Below, piece by piece: positions 51,982-64,000 of a stretch of DNA of 64,000 nucleotides; position 1 is the first letter of the stretch, and the number at the start of each line of letters is the position of its first letter. The stretch covers positions 4,540,376 to 4,604,375 of the forward strand of contig NC_069005.1 of assembly GCF_001194135.2 (NCBI RefSeq), written 5' to 3'. The position numbers and the translations under genes are program-made. Under the pieces are notes generated by a model, which saw only the letters and a list, made by a program, of their open reading frames with translations, did not search any database and was not told the DNA's origin. This stretch comes from Octopus bimaculoides (taxonomy: Eukaryota).

Positions 51982-54721
51982 AAAAACACCATTCCAATCT
52001 GGCAGTGAGAGGTCAACAATGTGGTTACTGTACATGTTTTGTGTCTCGGTGGACGTATAGTGTGGATTAATTTGAGTAGTTTTTAGTTTTGGTTATATCT
52101 GCATCGAGAAAATATTCGTAAGTGTTTGGAGATATAATATTAACTTAGACTATTCATAAGTGCATACAAACTGAAGGAAAGCTAACACACGCTATTTTGT
52201 TCAAATAGATTGTACAGTCAGATACAAATACACACTGAGAAACATACAGATACATTCAAATATCAACCGGCAGTTATTCACCGTAACACACATAAACAGT
52301 GGGGTTCCCACATATACACAAATATAGACACACACACATACACTTAGATTGCAATATCCCCAATATAAACACTTGCATGGAGATGAACATAACAAACCTC
52401 CTGTTAATCTGAGAGAAATATTGGTATGGCTTTTGCTATTGGCTCCAGTCATCCTGAACTTGAACTCCTAACGATGAGAAGGTTTTCCTCTGTATGTATC
52501 AATGTGTGAATGCGAGACTGTGTGCGTATTTCGGCAGCAGGATATAGTGTTTTTCCTTCTACGCAGTCTGCACACAGCTAAACACTATTATATTATTGCA
52601 ATAAGAGATGCAATGGAATCTTAAATTTTAGCAGAGAATTGACACAGACACTGCAACTATTTGGAGATATGGCAGCTAAATACATCGATTTTCCTCAGCA
52701 TCTAGTTCAAAAGGTGAAATCATAATACGTAAGAAGTTAGAGTTTTCGACTTGCTAAGACTAATTTGATTTGACTTTTATCTGTTGGCAATAAAATTATC
52801 CCTTGAACCAGATGCCGTTAAGACTCCATCTGCTCTAAGTATAGGACTAATGCAACTGTTGTATTTACTTGTATGTTTTGATTGGTATCCTCTTTTCGTT
52901 CGAGTTTTTTTCCCTTTCTTCTTTATATAATGAATTTATATATTGAATGAATTATATACANNNNNNNNNNNNNNNNNNNNNNNNNNNNNNNNNNNNNNNN
53001 NNNNNNNNNNNNNNNNNNNNNNNNNNNNNNNNNNNNNNNNNNNNNNNNNNNNNNNNNNNNNNNNNNNNNNNNNNNNNNNNNNNNNNNNNNNNNNNNNNNN
53101 NNNNNNNNNNNNNNNNNNNNNNNNNNNNNNNNNNNNNNNNNNNNNNNNNNNNNNNNNNNNNNNNNNNNNNNNNNNNNNNNNNNNNNNNNNNNNNNNNNNN
53201 NNNNNNNNNNNNNNNNNNNNNNNNNNNNNNNNNNNNNNNNNNNNNNNNNNNNNNNNNNNNNNNNNNNNNNNNNNNNNNNNNNNNNNNNNNNNNNNNNNNN
53301 NNNNNNNNNNNNNNNNNNNNNNNNNNNNNNNNNNNNNNNNNNNNNNNNNNNNNNNNNNNNNNNNNNNNNNNNNNNNNNNNNNNNNNNNNNNNNNNNNNNN
53401 NNNNNNNNNNNNNNNNNNNNNNNNNNNNNNNNNNNNNNNNNNNNNNNNNNNNNNNNNNNNNNNNNNNNNNNNNNNNNNNNNNNNNNNNNNNNNNNNNNNN
53501 NNNNNNNNNNNNNNNNNNNNNNNNNNNNNNNNNNNNNNNNNNNNNNNNNNNNNNNNNNNNNNNNNNNNNNNNNNNNNNNNNNNNNNNNNNNNNNNNNNNN
53601 NNNNNNNNNNNNNNNNNNNNNNNNNNNNNNNNNNNNNNNNNNNNNNNNNNNNNNNNNNNNNNNNNNNNNNNNNNNNNNNNNNNNNNNNNNNNNNNNNNNN
53701 NNNNNNNNNNNNNNNNNNNNNNNNNNNNNNNNNNNNNNNNNNNNNNNNNNNNNNNNNNNNNNNNNNNNNNNNNNNNNNNNNNNNNNNNNNNNNNNNNNNN
53801 NNNNNNNNNNNNNNNNNNNNNNNNNNNNNNNNNNNNNNNNNNNNNNNNNNNNNNNNNNNNNNNNNNNNNNNNNNNNNNNNNNNNNNNNNNNNNNNNNNNN
53901 NNNNNNNNNNNNNNNNNNNNNNNNNNNNNNAGGAGGAGGAGGAGGAGGAGGAGGAGGATAACGATGATGTGGATGATGATGATCATGATGATGATCATGA
54001 TGATGATTATGATGATGATTATGATGATCATGGTGAACAACCAAAAGGTCTCAAAATGTTTAATTTAGACTAAGACGCAATCTGTCCGTGCGCCTCCAGT
54101 GCGTATGTACACCCACGCGACTGTGTGTATGATTCCACATTGTGTGTGTGTGTGTTTGTTTGCTTCTTTTCTTGTGTGTGTCTGTGTAACTCTGTGTGAG
54201 TGTGTATGTCTGTGTCTAAGTATTTGTGTGGACGTATGTCTATGGAAGTATATGTGTATGTGTGTGACTATCCATAATTTCCAAGCGTATATGGATGTAT
54301 ATGTGTGTGTGGGCGTGTGCATGTATATGTGGTTCTGAGTGAGTAACTGAGTGAGCGTGAGCGTGTGTGTATGTGTCTGAGAGAGAGAGAGTGTGTGTAT
54401 ATGTGTTTGTATGTGCGTGTATGCGCGTAATTATCCATGTTATTATGTGTTTGCGTATCACAGTCCATTGCCAGTATTTGTGTGTATGTGTGTTTGTGTG
54501 AGTCTATTTGTGTGAGTATGTTTGTATGTCTGTGTGTCTGTGACTTTGTATGTGCGTGAGCAAGTGTAATTCCAGTCTGTCTGTACTTGCGTTTGAGTAT
54601 AGGCGCATATGTGCGTGCATTGTTAGGTGTATGCATATCTAGGCGTATATCAAATAAGCACGGAATCAGTAATGCCACGTAAATGACCCCTATGATTAAA
54701 ACATTTCAACAGACAGACTTA

Positions 54722-54738
54722 CAGAACGACAGACAGTC

Positions 54739-54793
<55 letters not shown>

Positions 54794-54798
54794 CAGAC

Positions 54799-54876
<78 letters not shown>
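54722..54876. repeat. (AGAT)n/(AGAC)n tetranucleotide array
   Basis: Direct reading. Confidence 0.95.
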
Positions 54877-54896
54877 GCATCCCAAGGACTTCTTTT

Positions 54897-55033
54897 ATTT
54901 TCCGTCTACCAAAACCACACACAAGGCTTTGGTTGGCCTGAGGCTACAGTAGAAGTCACTAGCTCAAGTTGCCATGCAGTTGGACTCAATCTGGAACCGT
55001 ATGGATGGGAATATACTTCCGACACAGCCACGC
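54897..55033 (-). mobile_element. SINE head, family C
   Basis: TTCCGTCTACCAAAACCACACACAAGGCTTTGGTTGGCCTGAGGCTACAGTAGAAG is the complement of the family C head. Confidence 0.75.
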
Positions 55034-55289
55034 AACCGACGCAAACGGATGCGACATTTTTCGTATTCTTCAGATATGTATATTTTGTCCCTAAACACCG
55101 TACTTCCAAAAGTTTTATATCTTAGAATATCTCTCTTCCACAGTGCATTTACATTAAGTATGATATATTTTGTATAATACTTGATTAGTAGTACTTTTAA
55201 GGAGCACTAAAACACTGTCAACATTATGATGTGCATAACTCTCAAAATACTCCCCGTGCCTGGGGATTGTACACTTACGGACTCCCTAA

Positions 55290-57350
55290 ACACAGTGGGC
55301 TGGGAAAATGATTGGATGAACGGTATCTTTTTAGAGTAAAACTCACCACGAACCACAATTAATTATCGTAACCTCATCTAAGACCGTTTATTTGGTGATG
55401 AGCAATAAATAGAAATAAAATGTGGATATATCGTATTTTGCAGCGGAAGCAACGATAACTTTAGAAGAGATTATTGTATGATAGGTTAGGGTTTATATAG
55501 ATGTCTCTATCGTGTTCACACTGCGATGTTTCTCAGTCGCAAATATGTGTTTTATGAACAACTAGATGTATTAAATGGAAAATTCTTTTTCGAACTAAAG
55601 CAATAATTCTTGTAGACTTCAAAACACGAGTTGGCAAACGTTTTGAAATATTGACCTTTTAAGCCATTACACAATGTAACATTCGAAGTCAAATTGAAAC
55701 GCTTTACTTTTGTTAAGAATGTGCAGAGTATTCAATCGTATTGTAACATGTTCTTTGAACTTTATGAGATTCACAAAGGAATCGGATGCGTTCAGGCTCC
55801 AAGAAATCGCACATGATTGATTATATGTTAAATAGAAGGAAAGATTGAAATGAAGTGAGCGAGGTCCGAGTTTTAAGAGGCGCAGGATTTGACACGGATC
55901 ATAATCTTGCACGAACTAAACTGAGGTTCAAAGTAAGGTCTGAAATTAGAAAGCAGAATTTTCAACGCCTAAAAAGTTTTATTGGTGTAAAGCTAATCGA
56001 AAAATCTGTCAGGGAAGATTACAAGCCAGGCTTTAATTCATTGAAGCATACTGCCAAATGGGATGACTTCAAAATCAAGGGTTACAAAATTTCAAATCAA
56101 GCAGTGGGGTTAAAAATACAAAGGGAAGGACTAGTGTGAAAAAGAATAATAAGCATATATAAAGGTTTTTTTATGCGTGCAAAGAGACCTACGTAAACAG
56201 CTTTGTCAAAATTAAAATTATTGACCCCAAATATAGTTGTTAATTTAAAGAAGGAAATCAAAAGCGTGGAAGTTAAATAGCGAATTGAATGTGCGTGTGA
56301 TCGTCAGAAAGAACACGACAAAAAAATATTATTAAGGGATTTCTCTCTCTTATAAATGAAGTTTATGATCTTCGTTCAGTTTCTTCTGCTCCCATTAGGG
56401 CCAAGGTTGGGAAATCCCTTAATAAGATATCAAAGAAAATCATTCAACGGTAGCACGAATATTGCAGTGATCTGCGAAATTGCTCGTCATGTATTGATCG
56501 TTCATTTCAAGGACTCGTTTAGAAAATCTCTATAAAGCGCGTTCATGAAAACCCAGCTTCTTTCAAGGAAAAGCTGCTTTGCCTGCATATAAAAATACAA
56601 AAACCCTTGGGATCGATGTTATTAGGGGAAAAGAGAACAAATAAGTTAGAGAAAGGAAGTTAGATTTCTGTACAATGTCGTATACACTCTGTAGAAAAAT
56701 TATATATTACTTCAAGCAAAAAGAGACGCATTGTTAGACGGCGTATAAGTCAAAAGTTAAGAAAGGCTTATGCGGCAATCCTATAGGTATTTCTCTCTCT
56801 ATGTCTCTGTGTCTCTCACTCTCTCTTTCACACACACACTTACACACACACACACACTGGTGTTATAGAGAAAGTATAAAATTATACGCGATAAGCTCAT
56901 TCAACACATTGCGGTGTCCTTCCCGATTCTTTATCAGATTTTCGCATTAGACAAGGAAACAACGACACGGCTACCGATTCTTAAAAAAAACACGAAGAAT
57001 TCAAAGAGAAGATTATTGATCACTATTGCTGCTTTCATTGATCTCAATAACGATTTGAGTCAGTGAATCGTCATGAATTATGCACAATTATTAGAGCATT
57101 TGACTACTCCGATAAATTTGCAAATATTATCAAATCCTTTAACCATGGTATGAAAGCTAAGTTGTTTTTGGAAGAGAAGGTTCAGAACTCTTTTAAATAA
57201 GTGGTTGCGTAAAACTGGATGAAGTAACTGCCCTTACATTATTTGACATATTTGACAATAGCTTTTGTGATTGTAATCATTGTGAAAGACTACGTGGAGT
57301 GTACGATGTCTATTAAAAAAATTGGGATTGCTGCTATAAATAGAAAACTG
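55290..57350 (+). mobile_element. RTE-clade LINE (APE endonuclease, linker and RT N-terminal part), decayed
   Basis: FYEQLD...VDFKTRVG; SKKSHMIDYML...EVRVLRGAGFDTDHNL (APE C-terminal DH motif); SAPIRAK.G; KTLGID; AFIDL..; IIKSFNHGMKA; ..TLFDI. Confidence 0.8.
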
Positions 57351-57379
57351 CAACATATTTCAATTCAGATTTTAAACTC

Positions 57380-57700
57380 CTTCAAAGTAGTCCCCTTCTA
57401 AAGCCATATAATTTATCCACATTTTTTTTCCCCTGATGGAAGCTTTCCTCTAACTCCTTCTTTTGGTATGTCCAGCAGCTACCTTGTAGCATTTTCTTGG
57501 ATTTTCTCAACGTCTTGCAATCTTGGAGTTTTTCACTGCGATAGCTGAGCCTTGGTTTCAGTGTTGTAGCCGTGAGGCCATGACACGTGGCATTCATCTT
57601 CCTCGACTCAACTAAGGAAATCATGTGCAGTTGAAGCGCGATCTTGTTTTGAGATGATCACACTCTACCAAATTTACTTCCAAGCACTGCAATATACATC
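57380..57700 (-). mobile_element. RTE RT C-terminal fragment, inverted relative to 55290-57350
   Basis: Minus strand: LGSKF (cf. YLGS), HGLTATT, SCWTYQKKELEESFHQ (cf. ETWT.Y......FHQ). Confidence 0.65.
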
Positions 57701-57730
57701 GAAATTGGGTGAGAATGTTATAATTTTTTG

Positions 57731-57731
<1 letters not shown>

Positions 57732-57790
<59 letters not shown>

Positions 57791-57807
57791 TTAATAATAA
57801 TAATAAT
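57732..57807. repeat. (AAT)n microsatellite
   Basis: Direct reading. Confidence 0.95.
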
Positions 57808-57819
57808 GATCAACAATGG

Positions 57820-57974
57820 TTTGAGCAAGACCGAGGTGGTCTGATAATATCCATAGTCTAAGCTTTTCGCGGTTTGAAATCCAGCAGGAGAGTGTAATAA
57901 CTGTTGCTTCTGTGACGACCCTATTAAGAAGACACCTGAGAAATCTACACCCAGAAGTCTGCGAGGAATGGTGA
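57820..57974 (+). mobile_element. Possible BED zinc-finger remnant (hAT-type)
   Basis: GECNNC in one frame, then TTLLRRHLRNLHPEV in an adjacent frame, resembles the BED pattern C-x2-C...T..L.RHL...H. Confidence 0.45.
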
Positions 57975-58372
57975 GCATTGAGAATCAACGTATGGATGGA
58001 TAGACGGATGGATGGAATAATAGATGGATGGAGGAAGTGAGTGATTTTTCGATGCATAACAACGGCATTGATAATGAAGTTAACTGGAATATTGAGAGAG
58101 AATAGTGAGGATCAAACGATGAGTAAAAGCTCTAAATACGTAGGGGGGACTTTTGAGATTTCCATAAATATAGATGAGGATGCCATGAAAACTATCAAAG
58201 GATGGACTGAGTGATACATAAGGTGAATAATATATATTAGAAAGTGCATTTGTAGCTTAGATGCTATTGTTTGTATTCGACAACAGACATACACATGTAT
58301 GCGAGTCTATGCGTGTGTGTATATATACATATAAACATATATACATATTTATAAATGTATGTAAAAATATAA

Positions 58373-58444
<72 letters not shown>

Positions 58445-58819
58445 NNNNNNNNNNNNNNNNNNNNNNNNNNNNNNNNNNNNNNNNNNNNNNNNNNNNNNNN
58501 NNNNNNNNNNNNNNNNNNNNNNNNNNNNNNNNNNNNNNNNNNNNNNNNNNNNNNNNNNNNNNNNNNNNNNNNNNNNNNNNNNNNNNNNNNNNNNNNNNNN
58601 NNNNNNNNNNNNNNNNNNNNNNNNNNNNNNNNNNNNNNNNNNNNNNNNNNNNNNNNNNNNNNNNNNNNNNNNNNNNNNNNNNNNNNNNNNNNNNNNNNNN
58701 NNNNNNNNNNNNNNNNNNNNNNNNNNNNNNNNNNNNNNNNNNNNNNNNNNNNTATACATATATAAACACACATATATATATAGACATATATACATACATT
58801 TATATATAGACATATATAC

Positions 58820-58854
<35 letters not shown>

Positions 58855-59685
58855 CTTATACGGACAAAAAAAAAGCGAGAAAACAGAAAATGTTACAGGA
58901 TTACAAATAGCAACAACAAGAATAACAATTGGTGTCTTTCTACTAAAAGGAGAAGCAAAGTTAAGCTGGCGCATAAAGTAGAAGCCTTACGGCAACACAC
59001 ATAGGTGTGTTGCCGTAAGGCGAGACAGGAAAAAAGAAAGGTCTGTTGCGAGCGGAGGTCAAACCAAGAAAGAAGTATCAGGCGTGACCGAGCACAGGTC
59101 ACGTGGGAGAAACAAAGAGAGGTAGGCAACTGAGAGATTGAAGAATTAGGGAAGGAACTAGAGAGAGAGAGAGAGGCGGAGACAGAAGGAAATGTAGAAG
59201 GGAGATAACAGAGGAAAGTAGAGAGATTAAAGAGAAAGGATGTCAAGAAATGTGAGAGGAGGGGAAGAAAAGGAAAATGGAAAGAAAGAGAATGTCAAGA
59301 ACGTGAGAGAGGGGGAGCAACAAAAAGAAAGGAAAAAAGGAAGTCGTGTCCTGGTGAAACGAAATGTGTGGGATTCAGTACAGTACATATCTACCCGTGT
59401 ACGCTTATATACTGACTCACATACAAAGACAAACATGCACATGTATTTACACAAACACACACACACATATTTACATCCATATATCCATCGATATATATAT
59501 ATATATACATTCGTACATACATATGTTTACACATATCTATGTGTATATACATATAAGTATGTATGTATATGCATGTATACATATGACCTCTGACATTTGT
59601 CGAGGTGGTATGAGCAAGAATACACATACACATGTACGCGAACACATACACAGGCATTCGCGCGCAGGAACACATGCACACACGC

Positions 59686-59739
<54 letters not shown>

Positions 59740-59749
59740 NNNNNNNNNN

Positions 59750-59792
<43 letters not shown>

Positions 59793-60211
59793 TGTGTGTG
59801 TGTGTGTATTTAATATATTACTATGTTTATAAGCATTCATAAATTCGGGATAGGTATATAGGACAAGCTCTTCTTTCAAGCTATAGAGTGAAATACATTT
59901 CCCGTTTTCTTATTATTTATAGCATATTAGACTAGCTTTCACTCTCAATCGGTAATGATTAGCATATACATGAACTCAATATCACACACATATACACACA
60001 TAGGCACACGTGCACACACACACAAACACGAGAACAACTACATACACTTATACATACATTAACGTTCACTAACTTAGATTGTCCCATTGTGATGTATACA
60101 AATATACGTTTGTGTGTTTTTATATGTTCATAAATACATGACTATACAGAGTATGTAAAGTATTGGAGGTGTATACATATATAAATATGTAGGTATACAT
60201 ATATATATATA

Positions 60212-60298
<87 letters not shown>

Positions 60299-60967
60299 TT
60301 GTCTATGTATATAAATACGTATGTATATATATATATAATTATATACGTGTGTGGGTGTGTATGTATATATATATATGTGTGTGTGAGTGTGTGTGCGTGT
60401 TTGTATATGTGTGTCTGGCTGTCTGTCTGTGTGTATCCGGAAATGAAACTCAATCACGCATATATTTCATATTATGCATCATTTGAATATGAGTGTGTGT
60501 GTGTATGCATCTGTTACTGTCGATGTGTCTCTCTATATGTGCTTATGTGTTTGTGTGGAGTCTGTGTGTGTGTTGGTAGTGTATGTGTGTGTGTTCATGT
60601 GTGTGTGACTGTGTGGAAATAGTTTGTATGTGATATTCCATTTTAATACAGAAGAATACGTTTTGGTGGATGCTATAAGTTGGCAGTGACCTTTTCTCAC
60701 AGAATCTTCATCCTACGTCCCAATCATACCTATTGAATTACTTTACAATGGTTGCAGTCTTTGACCTTTTCATGTCAGCACTGCGGAGTTTCAATTTATT
60801 CAGGCGGCACAATGAAGGAGCTCAATTAGAGAGGGAATGGGCGTAGTTTGAGGCACGATTGAGTTAATTCAATGTTCGATTCGCAACATCAAAATTAAAA
60901 TCAATACAAAAAGAATATGTATCGAAATAATATACACCCCTATGTATACGCACAAATATATATATAT

Positions 60968-60998
<31 letters not shown>

Positions 60999-61247
60999 GA
61001 TAGATAGAAAGATAGATATAGATATATATGTATATATATATAAGTATATATATATATATGTATGTATATATANNNNNNNNNNNNNNNNNNNNNNNATATA
61101 TATATATATATATACATATGATGTAATATACATGGAACAGTAACGATGAATATATGAGGCTTTTGCACTGATATATATGTGCTATATATAAAATAATAAT
61201 ATTTATATATATATATATATACACATACACACACATATGTATAAATA

Positions 61248-61282
<35 letters not shown>

Positions 61283-61502
61283 CATCTCTTTATATGTTAA
61301 CAGGCACCCAAACCCACACACAAACACAGGTATGATGCACGCTAACATGTATGTCTTTGTGCATAAATTCACTTATAATGATTCATAGATGCACGTCTCT
61401 ATATTCAATTCAAATGTTGAATATGTTCCTAAAAATTCAATACTGAAACGTTATGTCATCACATTGCGTGTATGTTACTACATACTACACACACACACAC
61501 AC

Positions 61503-61577
<75 letters not shown>

Positions 61578-62465
61578 GAATGGATGGATAATCTAACGGA
61601 ACTTCCGAAACTACTCTGGCTGGAACGAAACTGTTATTTTACCCTGCCATCCTTTTATACTTTTATTTCAATCATCCTTATTTGAATAAAAGACATTCTG
61701 AAAATAAGCATCTATTTTGTCTTTTTTTTTTTTTCTTACCAGTTGATATATGATATGAATAAAGAGAACGCGTCCTCTCGTTTCTCTTGAACATCCTACA
61801 TAAAACTGTCCTTAGCTGACGCAGTATTTATCCAGATAAAGTCTTAAAATTCTTCATGGTTTCTGTGTGGATATATTGATTTACATTGCAAAATTTCCGA
61901 ATTACAGGAAACGAAGTATTTCAAAATGGAATTGGACATCTATTGCTATGGTTAGGTGCTCGTATACCGATGCCTCATGTCCTTCGGTGCACTTGATGCA
62001 TAAATTAATCTCGAGTACACGTAATTTACACTTTCTAAACCAGACATATACATCCTTTTCCTGAAACTCTGCCCGCATTAATAAGCAGATTTAACCCACT
62101 GCTTTCCCTAAGGTTGCCATTCTGATATCCCGCAGATTAGCCTAGACGTATAGCACTTTGTTTTTTTTGCCGGCTGTGGAAGAGAAAAATTTCTTTTGAG
62201 GCACTTTTGCGGATATTGTTTTTTCTTTTTTACCTTGTGTGTGATTTTAGCTTAAATCATTATGCTGCTCTACGCGAATGTTGCTAGGAATTTATAATTC
62301 GTACATGAACTTATTGGATCATTTTTTTCCCGGATCAAAATTAATATTGACTGTAACATTCCACCCGGTCAGGTATGAAAATATGTGTACGTATTTACGC
62401 GAATATATTTTATTCAACGCTGCTTCGTTTGTCAGCAAGTGTGTGTATATATATATATATAGTCA

Positions 62466-62497
<32 letters not shown>

Positions 62498-62889
62498 CGT
62501 GCGGTGTGTGTGTGNNNNNNNNNNNNNNNNNNNNNNNNNNNNNNNNNNNNNNNNNNNNNNNNNNNNNNNNNNNNNNNNNNNNNNNNNNNNNNNNNNNNNN
62601 NNNNNNNNNNNNNNNNNNNNNNNNNNNNNNNNNNNNNNNNNNNNNNNNNNNNNNNNTGTTTCAGTGTGTATATGATTGTGTGTTCTCTTTCAGTACGGTT
62701 CCATTATGTGTGCATTCTTAGAAAGGATCTCCTTGACGGGCTTTACAAGGTCTGCTCGGCGATGCTGTCTTGGGTAGAACAATACTACGTTGTAAACAAC
62801 GCAGCTTACGTTTCCTGTGTTAAATAAATAAATACTAGAAGAGATTATATTCATCCAAGCTTATCTATTCCTCATCGACAACTATGGCT

Positions 62890-62925
62890 GTTGATGAAGA
62901 TGATGAATATGATGACGACGACAAG

Positions 62926-62957
<32 letters not shown>

Positions 62958-63000
62958 CGATGATGATGATGATGATGATAATGATGACGGGGCTGATGAC
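62890..63000. repeat. (GAT)n/(GAC)n trinucleotide array
   Basis: Direct reading. Confidence 0.9.
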
Positions 63001-63559
63001 GGCAGCCAATTGACTTGGAGGAATGAGGCAGATATAAGCGAGTGGCGATGCATCGATAATTATTATTATAAAAGATAGTAATGAAATTTAAAACGATAAT
63101 GGCGTTGACAATGACAATCCTTTGCATACTAACATGTTTCGACATTTTAAATGGAATCACTAAAACGTCTGCATGGGTCGAGGCGAAACTTTGTGAAGTT
63201 AATCACACGAAAATAGGCCTTAATTTCAATAGATTAGGACTGAAACATCGGCTATGTCAAAAGTTCGCTGGAAATCAGATTAGCTTAAATGGCTTTTAAT
63301 ATGGCGCTATTAAAATGAACATTAACAACAAACCACTAATATATTATAATAATCAGTATAATGGTAATAAAATATTACTAATAAAAATAATAATCAGAGG
63401 AGGAGGAGGAGGAGGGTGTGATAAGGAGAAGAAATGGCTGGGGTTGTTTTTGCATTGCTATATTTCTGCTGCTAATAGGCAGTGATAAAATGGGTAACGA
63501 TGACACTCGAGTAAAATGGACAGTCAAAAACAGCGGCGATATTGATTTGATATCGATCG

Positions 63560-63582
63560 ATCAGCGTGACCATGATGATAGA

Positions 63583-63615
<33 letters not shown>

Positions 63616-63950
63616 AACCTTGCCGCAACCGACGAGGTCGTTGCCGGCGAACGCCGACTAGGCTGGCGCAGGCGCAGGCGCTTACCATGGCGACGGCAGC
63701 GATTATGACGTTGACGATGATGGTGGTGATGGTGCTGGTGCTGGCGCTGGTAATGGTGGCGGTGGTGATGGTGTTGTTGGTGGTGGAGGTGCTGCTGTCA
63801 TGGTGATTGTTGTTGTTGGTGTTGTGGTGGTTCTGGTGGTGGAGGCGGCGATGAGATAAATATGAATAATGATAATGTAAGCAATGAAATCACTCATAAT
63901 GTAGAGATAGGAGATGAGTAGGAGGAGGAGGAGGAGGAGGAGGAGGGGGA
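63560..63950. repeat. Degenerate GAT/GGC/GGT/GAG trinucleotide-rich tract
   Basis: Direct reading. Confidence 0.85.
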
Positions 63951-64000
63951 TTACCAATACAATAATAAAATAATGATTATGTTGATGACAACGATAAGAA

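Noticed and set aside
62720-62827. Short peptide KDLLDGLYKVCSAMLSWVEQYY after ATTCTTAG
   Set aside because: Too short and unrecognisable to call an exon without transcript data.

Overview
AT-rich, repeat-saturated eukaryotic scaffold segment with many N gaps, most likely intronic or intergenic octopus DNA. That assignment is an inference from the tRNA-derived SINE families, which I recognise from octopus sequence, and from the extreme (TA)n/(CA)n/(AAT)n microsatellite density. No host gene can be named. Almost all supplied ORFs are microsatellite or gap artefacts, or antisense shadows of transposons. Coding-derived sequence I can support: (1) three decayed R4/Dong-type restriction-like-endonuclease (RLE) non-LTR retrotransposon fragments, all on the minus strand, two abutting (TAA)n arrays; (2) a ~2 kb RTE-clade LINE with its RT C-terminal part inverted; (3) a Penelope-like RT fragment; (4) two DD37D (maT) and two DD34D mariner remnants, plus a TIR-bounded deletion derivative; (5) probable hAT fragments; (6) one unexplained 320-codon frame (16537-17496) with three internal stops and a DSGVET motif. 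About 25 SINE copies from several modular families are present, one flanked by a 39-bp target-site duplication, together with a long-TIR MITE and an unclassified AAT-associated repeat. No rRNA, intact tRNA or CRISPR array was found. All protein-family calls rest on motif recognition by eye, not database searches.
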